Shown: positions 1-28,151 of the stretch, piece after piece
How the letters are laid out: every line of letters starts with the position of its first letter
Numbering within the stretch: the first letter of the stretch is position 1
Assembly (NCBI GenBank): GCA_030141605.1
Contig: JAQGDQ010000387.1
Coordinates: 124,001-188,000 of the forward strand
Length of the DNA: 64,000 nt
Source of the DNA: Tubiluchus corallicola
Taxonomy: Eukaryota; Animalia; Priapulida
Direction of reading: 5' to 3'
Notes under the pieces: model-generated
The model's input: only the letters and a program-made list of their open reading frames with translations
Database searches by the model: none
What the model was told of the DNA's origin: nothing
Program-made: the position numbers and the translations under genes

Positions 1-354
1 CTATTTACTACATTTTTACAAGGAAATATAGCTTGAAGAAATATTAGGCCTGACTTTCATGGGTAATACCTTTCAAAGAAAAAAATGATTTTTCAGAAGA
101 GAAAATAATTTTTCCAGAACAAAAATTAATCTCTGCATGTTTTGTTAATTCCAAATTAAAAGATGTTTAAAAAGCATATAATCATAAATTGGCCTTTGTT
201 ATGATTTGAAGTTGGTTATAAAATCACGTTGAACAAACGGAGATGCATTTACGTCATTACACCTCTTTTTTATTGTCACTGAACCAAAATAACAAAACGA
301 AACATCAGAATTGTCATCCTGAGCAGCCAATATTACTTCTGCTACTATAACAAC

Positions 355-406
355 CAACTCCGCCATAGCCGGTCCCAAGCCCGGTTGAGAGAGGAGGAGG
401 GTTGGG
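355..406 (+). ncRNA. Twister self-cleaving ribozyme core at the LINE 5' end
   Basis: C^AA-CTCC-GCC-ATA-G-CCGG-TCCCAAGC-CCGG-TTGAGAGA-GGAG-GAGGG-TTGGG matches the recalled rice Osa-type twister (UAA-CACU-GCC-AAU-GCCGGUCCCAAGCCCGG-AUAAA-AGUG-GAGGG). P2 covaries (CTCC 358-361 / GGAG 393-396) and P4 is CCGG 369-372 / 381-384. Confidence 0.9.
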
Positions 407-3400
407 CTTAGGGTTAGCACCCCTATCCTGTAAAAGTTCTCAATTGCTACAGAAACAGACAGAAACAAATCTACTGACACAAGTCGGCACAAAGCAGAAA
501 GTTCGACCCATGTTATGACGATGCTAGGTCAAAGCCGAGAGGAAGCCCAGCATCCGATGAAGAACTCTATACTGAGTGCCACAAAGGTGACAAAAATTGG
601 CACCTGGAATGTAAGAACAATGTTCCAAACAGGAAAAATGGCCCAAGTTATCCGGGAATTCAACAACTATCAACTCAGTATCTTAGGCGTAACGGAAGTG
701 AGATGGACAGGAAGCGGAAACATCAAGAGTGGAGAAACAACCTTTCTGTATTCAGGACCAGAGGAGGATCACCAGAGAGGTGTTGGTCTGATGCTGAACA
801 AAGAGGCAGCAAAGACACTAATAGGATGGAACCCAGTCAGTGAGAGGATAATAACTGCCCGAATGCAGTCAAGGCATGCGAAAACAACTATTGTTTGCAT
901 TTACGCACCAACTGAAGATACAGATGAACAAGTTAAAGATGATTTCTACCAACAATGTCAAGATGTGCTGAATGACATCCCCAGCCATGACATCATTCTC
1001 CTCATGGGTGATATGAATGCAAAGATTGACAACAACAGACACGGATTGGAGCATGTAATCGGGCCACATGGATCAGCTCAAGAAACAAACAACAATGGTG
1101 AACGGCTCCTGATGTTGTGCAATTTAAATGGACTGTGTATTGGAAATACTTATTTTGCCCACAAAACCATCCACAAGAAGACATGGAGGTCACCAGATGG
1201 AAATACACAGAACGAAATCGACTACATCTGTATCAGCAAGAGATGGAGATCAGCACTGAAAGATGTGAAAGTATGTCGTGGAGCTGATGTGGGCTCTGAC
1301 CACCACCTAGTTCAAGGAAAAGTGCAGCTCAAACTGAAAAAGATACAAAAGCCAAAAATCACTAGACCTTTTGCGGTTGAAAACCTGAAAGACCAACAAA
1401 AAGCAAGGAGTTTTGAACTTGCACTTAGCAACAAATTTGAACCACTACTACAAGCCAACGATATTGAAGAACAGTGGAAAATATTCAAAGAAGCAGTAAC
1501 AGCAGTTGCAGATGAACAGATCGGCAGAAGAAGGGGTAACAGAAAAGAAATGTGGATACAAGAAAAAACTTGGGAATTAATTGATGAAAGAAAGAAGACT
1601 AAGCAAATGAGAGACCAAGCAAAAACACCAGAAAGCAGGAGTCAAGCCAATGAGCAGTACCAACTGGCAGATAGAGCAGTAAAAAGACGTTGCAGGAGGG
1701 ACAAGAACGAATGGTTTGAAAAGAAGGGTGAAGAAGCACAGTTAGCAGCCAGCCATAATGATACCAAGACTCTCTACAGAATTGTTAAAGATCTAACGGG
1801 AACAGGAGGCACCCCAGCTGTGCCAATCAAGAACAAAAGTGGTGTGACTCTCACAACAACAGAACAGCAAAACGCACGATGGGTGGAACACTTCAAGGAA
1901 GTTCTCAACCAGCCAAACCCAACAACATTATTCAATTTTGAGAATGAAATTGGACAACAACAGCTAGATGTAAGATTGGACAACATCAGTGAACTGGAAG
2001 TCGAAACTGCCATCAAAAAACTAAAGAACAACAAAGCAGCTGGAGAGGACCAAATAACAGCTGAGCTCCTGAAACACGGTAATAAAGGGATAACACAATC
2101 AATGACAAAGCTCCTGAACAGCTGCTGGGAACAACAAAAGGTCCCCGAAGATTGGAGAAATGGAGTCATCGTGAAGTTGCCTAAAAAAGGGAACCTGACA
2201 GATTGCAATAATTGGAGAGGAATAACTCTGATGTCAATACCTGGAAAAGTCCTGAGTATAGTGCTGCTAGATCGGTTGAGAGATGCTGTTGATATAAGAC
2301 TAAGAGAACAACAAGCTGGATTTAGAAAAGGAAGATCATGCTGTGAACAGATATTCACTCTCAGAAACATCATTGAGCAATGTATGGAATTCCAACAGCC
2401 CTTATTAATCAATTTTATTGATTTCAAGAAGGCTTTTGACTCTGTTCACAGGCAGTCTCTATGGAAAATTGCTTCTCTGTATGGTATCCCACAGAAATTC
2501 ATTTCAACCATCCAGAACTTTTACCAAAACAGCGGCTGTTGTATAAGAACACAAGAGGGAAACACCGAGTATTTCACCATCGAAACTGGAGTCAAGCAGG
2601 GTTGCATTATGTCGCCATTCCTGTTCCTACTGACGATTGATTTCATCATGAAGAAGGCGGTTGATGGTAAAGATCTAGGAATGCAATGGAAACAACAACA
2701 ACGATTGGCAGATCTGGACTTTGCTGACGATATAGCTCTTCTGGAAACATCAAAAGAAAGCCTGCAACAACTGACCACAAGTATGGAAGAAGTAGCGGGA
2801 AAAATTGGATTGAGAATTAGTCAAGAAAAGACCAAAGTTTTGAAAGTGTGGACAAACCAACAGAATGATGTACATATAACAGTGGGAGGCCAAATGGTTA
2901 AGAACGTTACCAGTTTTTCATATCTGGGCAGTGTGATGACCTGTAATGGAGGTACAGAAAATGACATCAGGGGGAGAATCGGCAAAGCAACAGCAGTATT
3001 TAGGAAGATGGGAAAAATCTGGACAAGCAAGAAAATTGACATGAAAATCAAACTTCGTCTGTACAACGCCATTGTGCTGCCAACGGCTCTCTATGCCAGC
3101 GAAACCTGGAAAGTCACAGCGGAGTTATCAAAGAAACTGAACGTCTTCCACCAAAAATGCCTTCGAAAGATACTAAAAATCTCCTACCGCGACCATGTCA
3201 CCAACGTAGAAGTTCTTCAACGAGCGCAGTCATTGCGGTTACAAGATATAGTTACAGAGAGAAGAATGAAACTGGCTGGACATATTCTCCGTCTATCAGA
3301 AAGTCGTTACGCCAAAACAGCAGTACAGTGGGAACCACCTGGTGGGAAACGAAAAAGAGGTCGGCCAAAAACAACGTGGCGCAGATCCTTCAAAGAAGAC

Positions 3401-3527
3401 CTTCGAGCTGTCAACATACGTTGGGAAAACGTAGAGAACGAAGCCGCCGATAGAACTCAGTGGAAAATGCTGTCTGCCCAATGTGCATCAATGCGCAGGA
3501 AGGACTAAGGTAAGGTCTAAGGTAAGG
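356..3527 (+). mobile_element. Full-length RTE-clade non-LTR retrotransposon (LINE)
   Basis: Single EN+RT ORF. Identical 16-bp direct repeat ACTATAACAACCAACT at 344-359 and 3528-3543. Short TAAGG-type tandem tail (3506-3527) instead of poly(A). Short structured 5' UTR. Confidence 0.95.
515..3508 (+). CDS. RTE LINE polyprotein: AP-type endonuclease + reverse transcriptase (997 aa)
   Basis: EN motifs GTWNVRT, GVTEVRW, IYAPT, GDMNAK, NEIDYI, SDHH. RT motifs WRGITL, QAGFRKGRS, DFKKAFDSV, GVKQGCIMSPFLF, FADD, FSYLGS. RTE-type C-terminal GKRKRGRPK. No stops or frameshifts. Confidence 0.97.
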   Translation: MTMLGQSREEAQHPMKNSILSATKVTKIGTWNVRTMFQTGKMAQVIREFNNYQLSILGVTEVRWTGSGNIKSGETTFLYSGPEEDHQRGVGLMLNKEAAKTLIGWNPVSERIITARMQSRHAKTTIVCIYAPTEDTDEQVKDDFYQQCQDVLNDIPSHDIILLMGDMNAKIDNNRHGLEHVIGPHGSAQETNNNGERLLMLCNLNGLCIGNTYFAHKTIHKKTWRSPDGNTQNEIDYICISKRWRSALKDVKVCRGADVGSDHHLVQGKVQLKLKKIQKPKITRPFAVENLKDQQKARSFELALSNKFEPLLQANDIEEQWKIFKEAVTAVADEQIGRRRGNRKEMWIQEKTWELIDERKKTKQMRDQAKTPESRSQANEQYQLADRAVKRRCRRDKNEWFEKKGEEAQLAASHNDTKTLYRIVKDLTGTGGTPAVPIKNKSGVTLTTTEQQNARWVEHFKEVLNQPNPTTLFNFENEIGQQQLDVRLDNISELEVETAIKKLKNNKAAGEDQITAELLKHGNKGITQSMTKLLNSCWEQQKVPEDWRNGVIVKLPKKGNLTDCNNWRGITLMSIPGKVLSIVLLDRLRDAVDIRLREQQAGFRKGRSCCEQIFTLRNIIEQCMEFQQPLLINFIDFKKAFDSVHRQSLWKIASLYGIPQKFISTIQNFYQNSGCCIRTQEGNTEYFTIETGVKQGCIMSPFLFLLTIDFIMKKAVDGKDLGMQWKQQQRLADLDFADDIALLETSKESLQQLTTSMEEVAGKIGLRISQEKTKVLKVWTNQQNDVHITVGGQMVKNVTSFSYLGSVMTCNGGTENDIRGRIGKATAVFRKMGKIWTSKKIDMKIKLRLYNAIVLPTALYASETWKVTAELSKKLNVFHQKCLRKILKISYRDHVTNVEVLQRAQSLRLQDIVTERRMKLAGHILRLSESRYAKTAVQWEPPGGKRKRGRPKTTWRRSFKEDLRAVNIRWENVENEAADRTQWKMLSAQCASMRRKD

Positions 3528-3966
3528 ACTATAACAACCAACTAACTAGGTCAAAATCAAGTTACAGAATGCAGGTGAGAAGCCAACCTGGCACATAAAT
3601 TAGAATCTGCAGGCAGGTCATAACACCTTATATATCATGTGTAAACGTCACTCACATTTAGCCTATTTTTTTTTAAGATTCAGTTGATCTTACATCAAAA
3701 TAAATGTTCATTAAATACAGTTTGTTTAACTGTAAAAATCGTACTTGTATAAGCGTACTAATAAAACACCTGTGGCTTAATAATACAACTTATTGCCACA
3801 ACTGTTTTCGCTTTCATGATGTGTTTTTTGCTTTTTTAAACTAATAATTGCTTTTATTTGAGATATTCTTCTTTTATTAAAAACGAAAAAGTGATTTTGG
3901 CTTATCAAAACTGCGCCCTATGCCAACACTATTGGTGTACTAAAAAATATTGTTATTACAGTCAAC

Positions 3967-4298
3967 GCACGGCTCAAAAGTTTTTAATCATCGGCCATTT
4001 GATGCCGCCAGCATAGCCGCTAATCGCAAAAACGAACCACGAACGAACAATTTTCGTCACTTCCTTTTTCTAAACTTTGTTGATGTTTTGTAACTTGTAT
4101 CAAAGAATATGGACCACAGAAAGTATGGAACATTGCGCAACAGTTCACGCAGTTAGTGTCGCCCTAGCCACCCAGCAGTACGGACTGTTGTTGCAGGAAC
4201 GCTATAGGCTATAGCGCAAACCGTCCTGCACCGGCTGAAAAGTTCTTAATCATCCGCCGTTTGATGCCGCCAGCATAGCTGCAAATCGCAAAAACGAA
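3967..4298. repeat. Two ~70-bp direct repeats in the CpG-rich region upstream of PEX6
   Basis: AAAAGTT(T/C)TTAATCATC..TTTGATGCCGCCAGCATAGC..AATCGCAAAAACGAA at ~3967-4036 and ~4228-4298. Confidence 0.8.
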
Positions 4299-5062
4299 AT
4301 ACGTAACCATAAATTTCGCTAATTCAGTCCCTCACACTTTGGCTTTGCACGTGGTATTTACTGTTTAACTTTTAGTTTAATTACAGCATTATTTTTGTAA
4401 TTTTATGATTTTTGGAATCATCATCTTAATTATAGATTGGTTATGCTGATCAACCTTTATATCTTATAATAAAATCGACACTTTCGCTGCTTTAACGGTG
4501 CTCAAGATGGGTAGGGTTATTTACGTAAGTAATTTAAGTGTGCTAGGAATATGGCTAGAAGCGTACACCAATTTAAACTGTTTTAAACGTACAAGAGTAT
4601 TTTTCAGCTTGTTCCAATGAGTAACAACGTCCTAAAGCATTTCACAGAAACATGATATTTTTAAGACGTGTGGACATGGCAACGAATGGGAGCAACCATG
4701 ACAAATGGCATGCCAGACCACTTCCTCACTCCATTGTTTAGTAAAAGTTAAATACTGAGTTAAATGTTCCTCAATACATGCAGTGAGGTCATTTATCATA
4801 AGGGATATCTTTAGTATTTTACTTAAAACAGTTATAACTGTATTCGTTTTTTAATAATAGCCTTGTGGCCTTTAATACATTTCTTGTAAACTGTTTTAGA
4901 TGTATCACAATTGTGTGACCACGTGATGGTGATTGATGATTGTGGAATTAGCAGTCGTCACAGTAGTCATCTTCAGACACATGCACCATAAGTAGGGTGC
5001 GTGTGTCTGAAGTGCATACATCCGAAGTACACTCAAGGAAGTTTAGTGATATTAGCTGAATC

Positions 5063-23585
<18,523 letters not shown>

Positions 23586-23706
23586 ACAGCAGTGTTTGTA
23601 AATTATGTTTTCACTATATGTGTTATTTTAAATTGTATATTTGATTTTGTGTATAATATGTTGTGACTTTAATATTACAAGTCTATTTTTTTCTATGAGA
23701 CATATA

Positions 23707-23880
23707 CAGTCAAACCTTGTTGTAATGCCAGCCTCGCTTAATGCCAAAATTTCTGTTAAAACAAAATGTCTCTGTTTCCATATTCATGAATGTATTAATG
23801 CACCTCGTTTAAATGCCAAATTCACTTAATGCCTATCTTTTTTGCTGTCCCAAAGTAGGCGGTATAAAGAGGTTTGATTG
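23707..23880. mobile_element. Tc1/pogo-like MITE just 3' of the PEX6 stop
   Basis: TA-CAGTCAAACCT... and ...AGGTTTGATTG imperfect TIRs. Confidence 0.65.
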
Positions 23881-24477
23881 TGCGTAAGAGAGCTACCAAT
23901 AATGATCAGTTTTGTTTAAGTATCTCAGAAAATAATGTTATTGAAAGCCTAACTGAAATTATAATAATTTAAATTATTTTAATGATGACCGTTTTTATTT
24001 TGTGAATAGTTTATAATTGTTTTATTGTGTAATTTTATTGAACAGAAAATGTGAGCTGACTTATAGTTTTCATGTGATTTCTGTCACTTGGCTTGAGAAG
24101 TCTTAGTATGAAGACATAGGCCTAGAATTTATTTATATGATATAGTAATTATTAGAGTTTAATTATGTGACAGCTGCTTACTTTAGGTGGTTCCACAGGA
24201 AGGGGAACAAAAGTAAATAGTTTGGATGACGTTGTAAAATTATTCTGCTGCCATTTCAGTCTTTCTAAATTTTGTAACTTTGTTATTCTTAAATAGATGT
24301 AAACTTAACCTCACAATTTAAAATTGTTTTAATAAATTTCTGGAATAGCAACCATAATCTATAATGCACCTCACTTTGCTGTATACCTTATATGCAAGGT
24401 GAATGTATGCTATAATGTGCAATGCCAGGATTGTTCATCCATTCTGCTTTCATCGAACTCTTATATACAACCTGCAG

Positions 24478-24780
24478 TTTTAATAATCTTAGACAAGTTG
24501 TTGCTTAAAAAAGGATCTGCATAATTATATGTTTATAATGCTGCTCATTCAAGCGGTACTTGGTCTTGGCCTTATCTATGGGCCATATTGCAATCTATCC
24601 TTGGCAAACATTAGTGTCATTTTTGGCCAATTTTAATAATTTTAGACAACTTGTTGTAATAAAGAGTCTGCATAATTGCAGTAGGTGTTTATAATGCTGC
24701 TCATTCAAGCAGCCATTGATCTTATCAAAGGGTCATACGAAATCTGTCTTTGGCGAAACATTAATATTACTTTTGGCCAA
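24478..24780. repeat. Tandem duplication, 2 x ~152 bp
   Basis: TTTTAATAAT.TTAGACAA...TGTTTATAATGCTGCTCATTCAAGC...TTTTGGCCAA at 24478-24630 and 24631-24780. Confidence 0.85.
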
Positions 24781-26149
24781 TAGGTGGCGATGAAAATTCT
24801 ACACAACACGTGCAAAAACAAGAACCAGTTACTTGTGAGCCGCTCTGAAATCTTGGTAGCTTGACGATGTAAGAGTAATATACTTCCAATTTGTTTTTAA
24901 TAATACTTAATTTTTTGAAGTGTTGCGCTTATTCTGAACAGAAGTCATGCTGTTGTAGTTTTTCGGATTTTCGTTTTTAAAGATATCAGAAATTTCACGA
25001 TCTTGGCCTGTTCAAGTTTTTTTTTATAAAAATTTTGGCTGTAGCTATGGCCTGAGCTGTTAATAAGGTAGCTGTATGTGGTGAGGATTTATTAGCTCGC
25101 TGCCTTTACTCAAGGTATACATTATATTTGAAAACAATAGCCACCTTATCTATCTTAAGTTAAGCAATGCCATGCCTGGTCTGTAATTGTTGGAAAACCT
25201 ATTTCACGGGTTTTCACTTAGCTAATTTGCCCTCATTTGATAATAAACCAGATGTAAACTTCACAACTGTCTATAGTAAGTAACTGCTGCCTGCATGCAG
25301 TGTGCCAAACAGTCTGTAAAAATCATATGAGTGATTGAAGGTATTGCCTTGGTTTTCGTCTTTTCTAAATCCTTTTATGGCCTTTTGTTCTTTCTCCATC
25401 GTTGCTCCTTTTATCAGAGAAAATTAATACATTGAAAAAGTTGTTAACTGGTTTTGTTGTGGTGCTGCACTTTGGAATTCTGCTGCCTAGTAGTAGTACA
25501 GATTTTGTATTACTGTAAAACAATCGTTGTGTATTAATCTATTTCTATGTATTTCATCTGCAATAGTTACACCACCTGTACACAATTTCTTCCCGAGGCC
25601 TCTTTATCAGTGGTTACTGTGGCTAAAGGTTTTACTTTTTTGTCTCTGATAATAAATTCGTCCCATCCATCGATTAATTCATCTTATCTAAAACTTTTAT
25701 TCTATTGCAGAAATATAGCAATCTGCTAGTTGTTCATGTTTGGTCGATTAGTGACTGATTTAAAAAAAGGAATAGCAGTGCTTTTCTCTTGTGGCTGGAG
25801 GTGCTAGGTCTACTTTATTTTCTCCAGTAATGAGGTAAAAAATGGACCACTTTTTATTAAACAGTAAGAGGAAAACAAAATAATGAATGACCTTTCCTAG
25901 ATGGAAATTTTTCCTCATAGCTAGGGCTCTCACATTTACACATGTAAACGGGAGCGTTTAGTTTAGCCCCTCTAAACGATTTTCGTAAATGATAACGTTT
26001 TCTTTTAGCTTACTTGTGGAATGATGTCACAATGATAGCAATAATGTAGTTTGCTAAGTGTACATAAGTGTACTTGTATTAAGACTGTACAATTAAGTGG
26101 ACTTGTTGCTGCCCGCATATATGCTTGTTGCTTCAACTCGCTTGTAAAT

Positions 26150-26598
26150 TAAACTCATATCTCAGTTTGCTGGACTTCGCTTTTACGGATGTCTGAAAAT
26201 TTTGGGCAAAATCTGGTCCATAGAAAGTTCCACAAACTACGGACACAGCCCTTTATCTCGCGAGCTGACCGCTAGTTGAGAGGCCGTCACTTTGTTTACA
26301 TCCAAAAAGCATGCAACAACACGTGTAGCTTGTATGTCAGCGTGTTTAGTGGTTTAATTAGCAGGTGTAAGTGGTTTAGAGTCAATTATGTGGAGTTGTT
26401 TGAGTCAATTGCCAATAGTTTTCATGCACTTTTGCATAAGAGCGGCCCGTACTAGACAATTAGGCAATTGATTCCATGTTACCGTGAGTCTAATACATGG
26501 CACTTACTATATTAGCTTAGTATCGGAAAATACGGGCAATCGGCAAATTCGGACTGACGCCTCCCTGCTTTTGTCTAGCAAACCGAGATATGAGTATA
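26150..26598. mobile_element. MITE, family with 56972-57913 and 60472-60864
   Basis: TIR ACTCATATCTC.GTTTGC / GCAAACCGAGATATGAGT. Shared core GCTGACCGCTAGTTG..GGCCGTCACTTTGTTTACATC. Confidence 0.82.
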
Positions 26599-27232
26599 TT
26601 AAGGTAACTCATGCCCAGGCTGCTGCTGTTTTCTACTCAAAGGCTGTCACCATTAATGATTAAGTTGCTATGCTTTCCAACCTGGAATGTGCAATGTTGA
26701 GGGAAATGTTTGGCTAAATTGGTTCATAAGTTTCACGTTATATACAACGTACATACATTATAAGTCTCAAACAAGAATGTGCCAAGGCAATGGTTTAATA
26801 ACTAGTAACTACAGATGATGAATCATTGTTAGACTTAACATAAATATCAGAAAAACAAAACAAATTAAAAGCTCGTTTCCGGTAATTATTATAGTGTTTC
26901 TTGCTGGTCAGGTTACTGTAACTAATAGCTAATTAGTTCAATAGCGGTGGCGGTAATTAAATGTAATGTATAGATGCTAGAATGACCATGCATTTTGACA
27001 CGGGTCATACAGTTAAAAAAGTACATGTTATCATTTCCAAGTAATTTTAATTAATTGTGATAAATAACGAATTTATTCCCATCATTTAGACACTAATTTA
27101 TATCTCTCCATCCCCATATACATGTATATTTGACTACATCGTGTATACGAGATCATTTCGTTCAGCGAGCATTGTGTAAACATTTAGCAAACTTAATAAA
27201 TATGACAGCCTGACTCGTAGCCATAGAATGAT

Positions 27233-27405
27233 GGTTTTGTGTTTTTTGTGTTTGTTTTGTTGGGTGGTGGTTTGTGGCTCATCTTCAATCATCAAGCGCA
27301 CGAGCATGCTCACTCAGTGTTTTTGTTTTGTTGTGTGTTTTGTTGTGGGGGGGTGGTTTTGGTGTGTTTGGTTGTGTTGTGTTGGTTGTGTTTGTTTGTG
27401 TCTTT
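27233..27405. repeat. G/T-rich low-complexity tract
   Basis: Imperfect GTTT/GTG runs. Confidence 0.8.
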
Positions 27406-28151
27406 TTCTGCATTTCTCACACTGATCATATTTATGGAACAGGTGCTTAGATGGTTCACGCGCCAGTCTATCTGTTTACTGAACTGTCGAGACCATAGCT
27501 GCCATGCAGTGGCTTTGTATGGACAAGCACCATCACAATGTAGAGGGGGGAGGGTCGAAAGTAAAGGGCATTTCACTCCCGTAAAGGCACGACTCCATGT
27601 GTACGTAATGTGATATGTGTGATCGGTATTCATTTGAACGCTGTTGCTATCATCCGAATACGCATCACACAGCAATATGCAGACGGAAACCGCCGTTGCG
27701 TAGGTGATTATAATGAGTTTTCAAGTTTCCGGTGTCCATTTTCGCTGTTTAGCTTTCTGAAAATTCTAGTTAGGTGAGTTTTGGTCTCTTTTGGACCTAT
27801 GAACAATAATATTTTTACTATTTGAATTTTTGATACATGGAAGAAGCATATAGTTATATGTTGTGTGCATCTAACTGCAGTATCATTAATGGATGATACG
27901 TGCCGTATTGTTCTCTCCCCTGCAAAATGCAGTGTGTACCCAAAACCTGTACTTTCTTTTGAATTTTTCCATCAAATAAGTTATAATGCCGCAGCTGTAA
28001 TTACGATGTTTAAATTTAAGATCGCAGATCATGCATTACATGCACACGGAGTCGTAGCTTTGCACTATCCAGTATCCATTTCAAAATTCCTTAGTGTGGA
28101 GAAAACAACTTTTTACAACTATGCTATTTTTCTTTTCCAAAGGAGGCAGTT

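Noticed and set aside
199-492. 97-aa minus-strand ORF spanning the LINE 5' junction, as a possible disrupted host gene
   Set aside because: Reconstructing the empty site puts a TAG immediately upstream in that frame. No recognisable protein similarity.
869-3481. Several antisense and alternate-frame ORFs inside the LINE (e.g. 1774-2427)
   Set aside because: Shadow ORFs of the A-rich RT coding strand with no motifs.
27228-27675. Cys/Val-rich ORFs (also 35382-35822)
   Set aside because: Translations of GT-rich low-complexity DNA.
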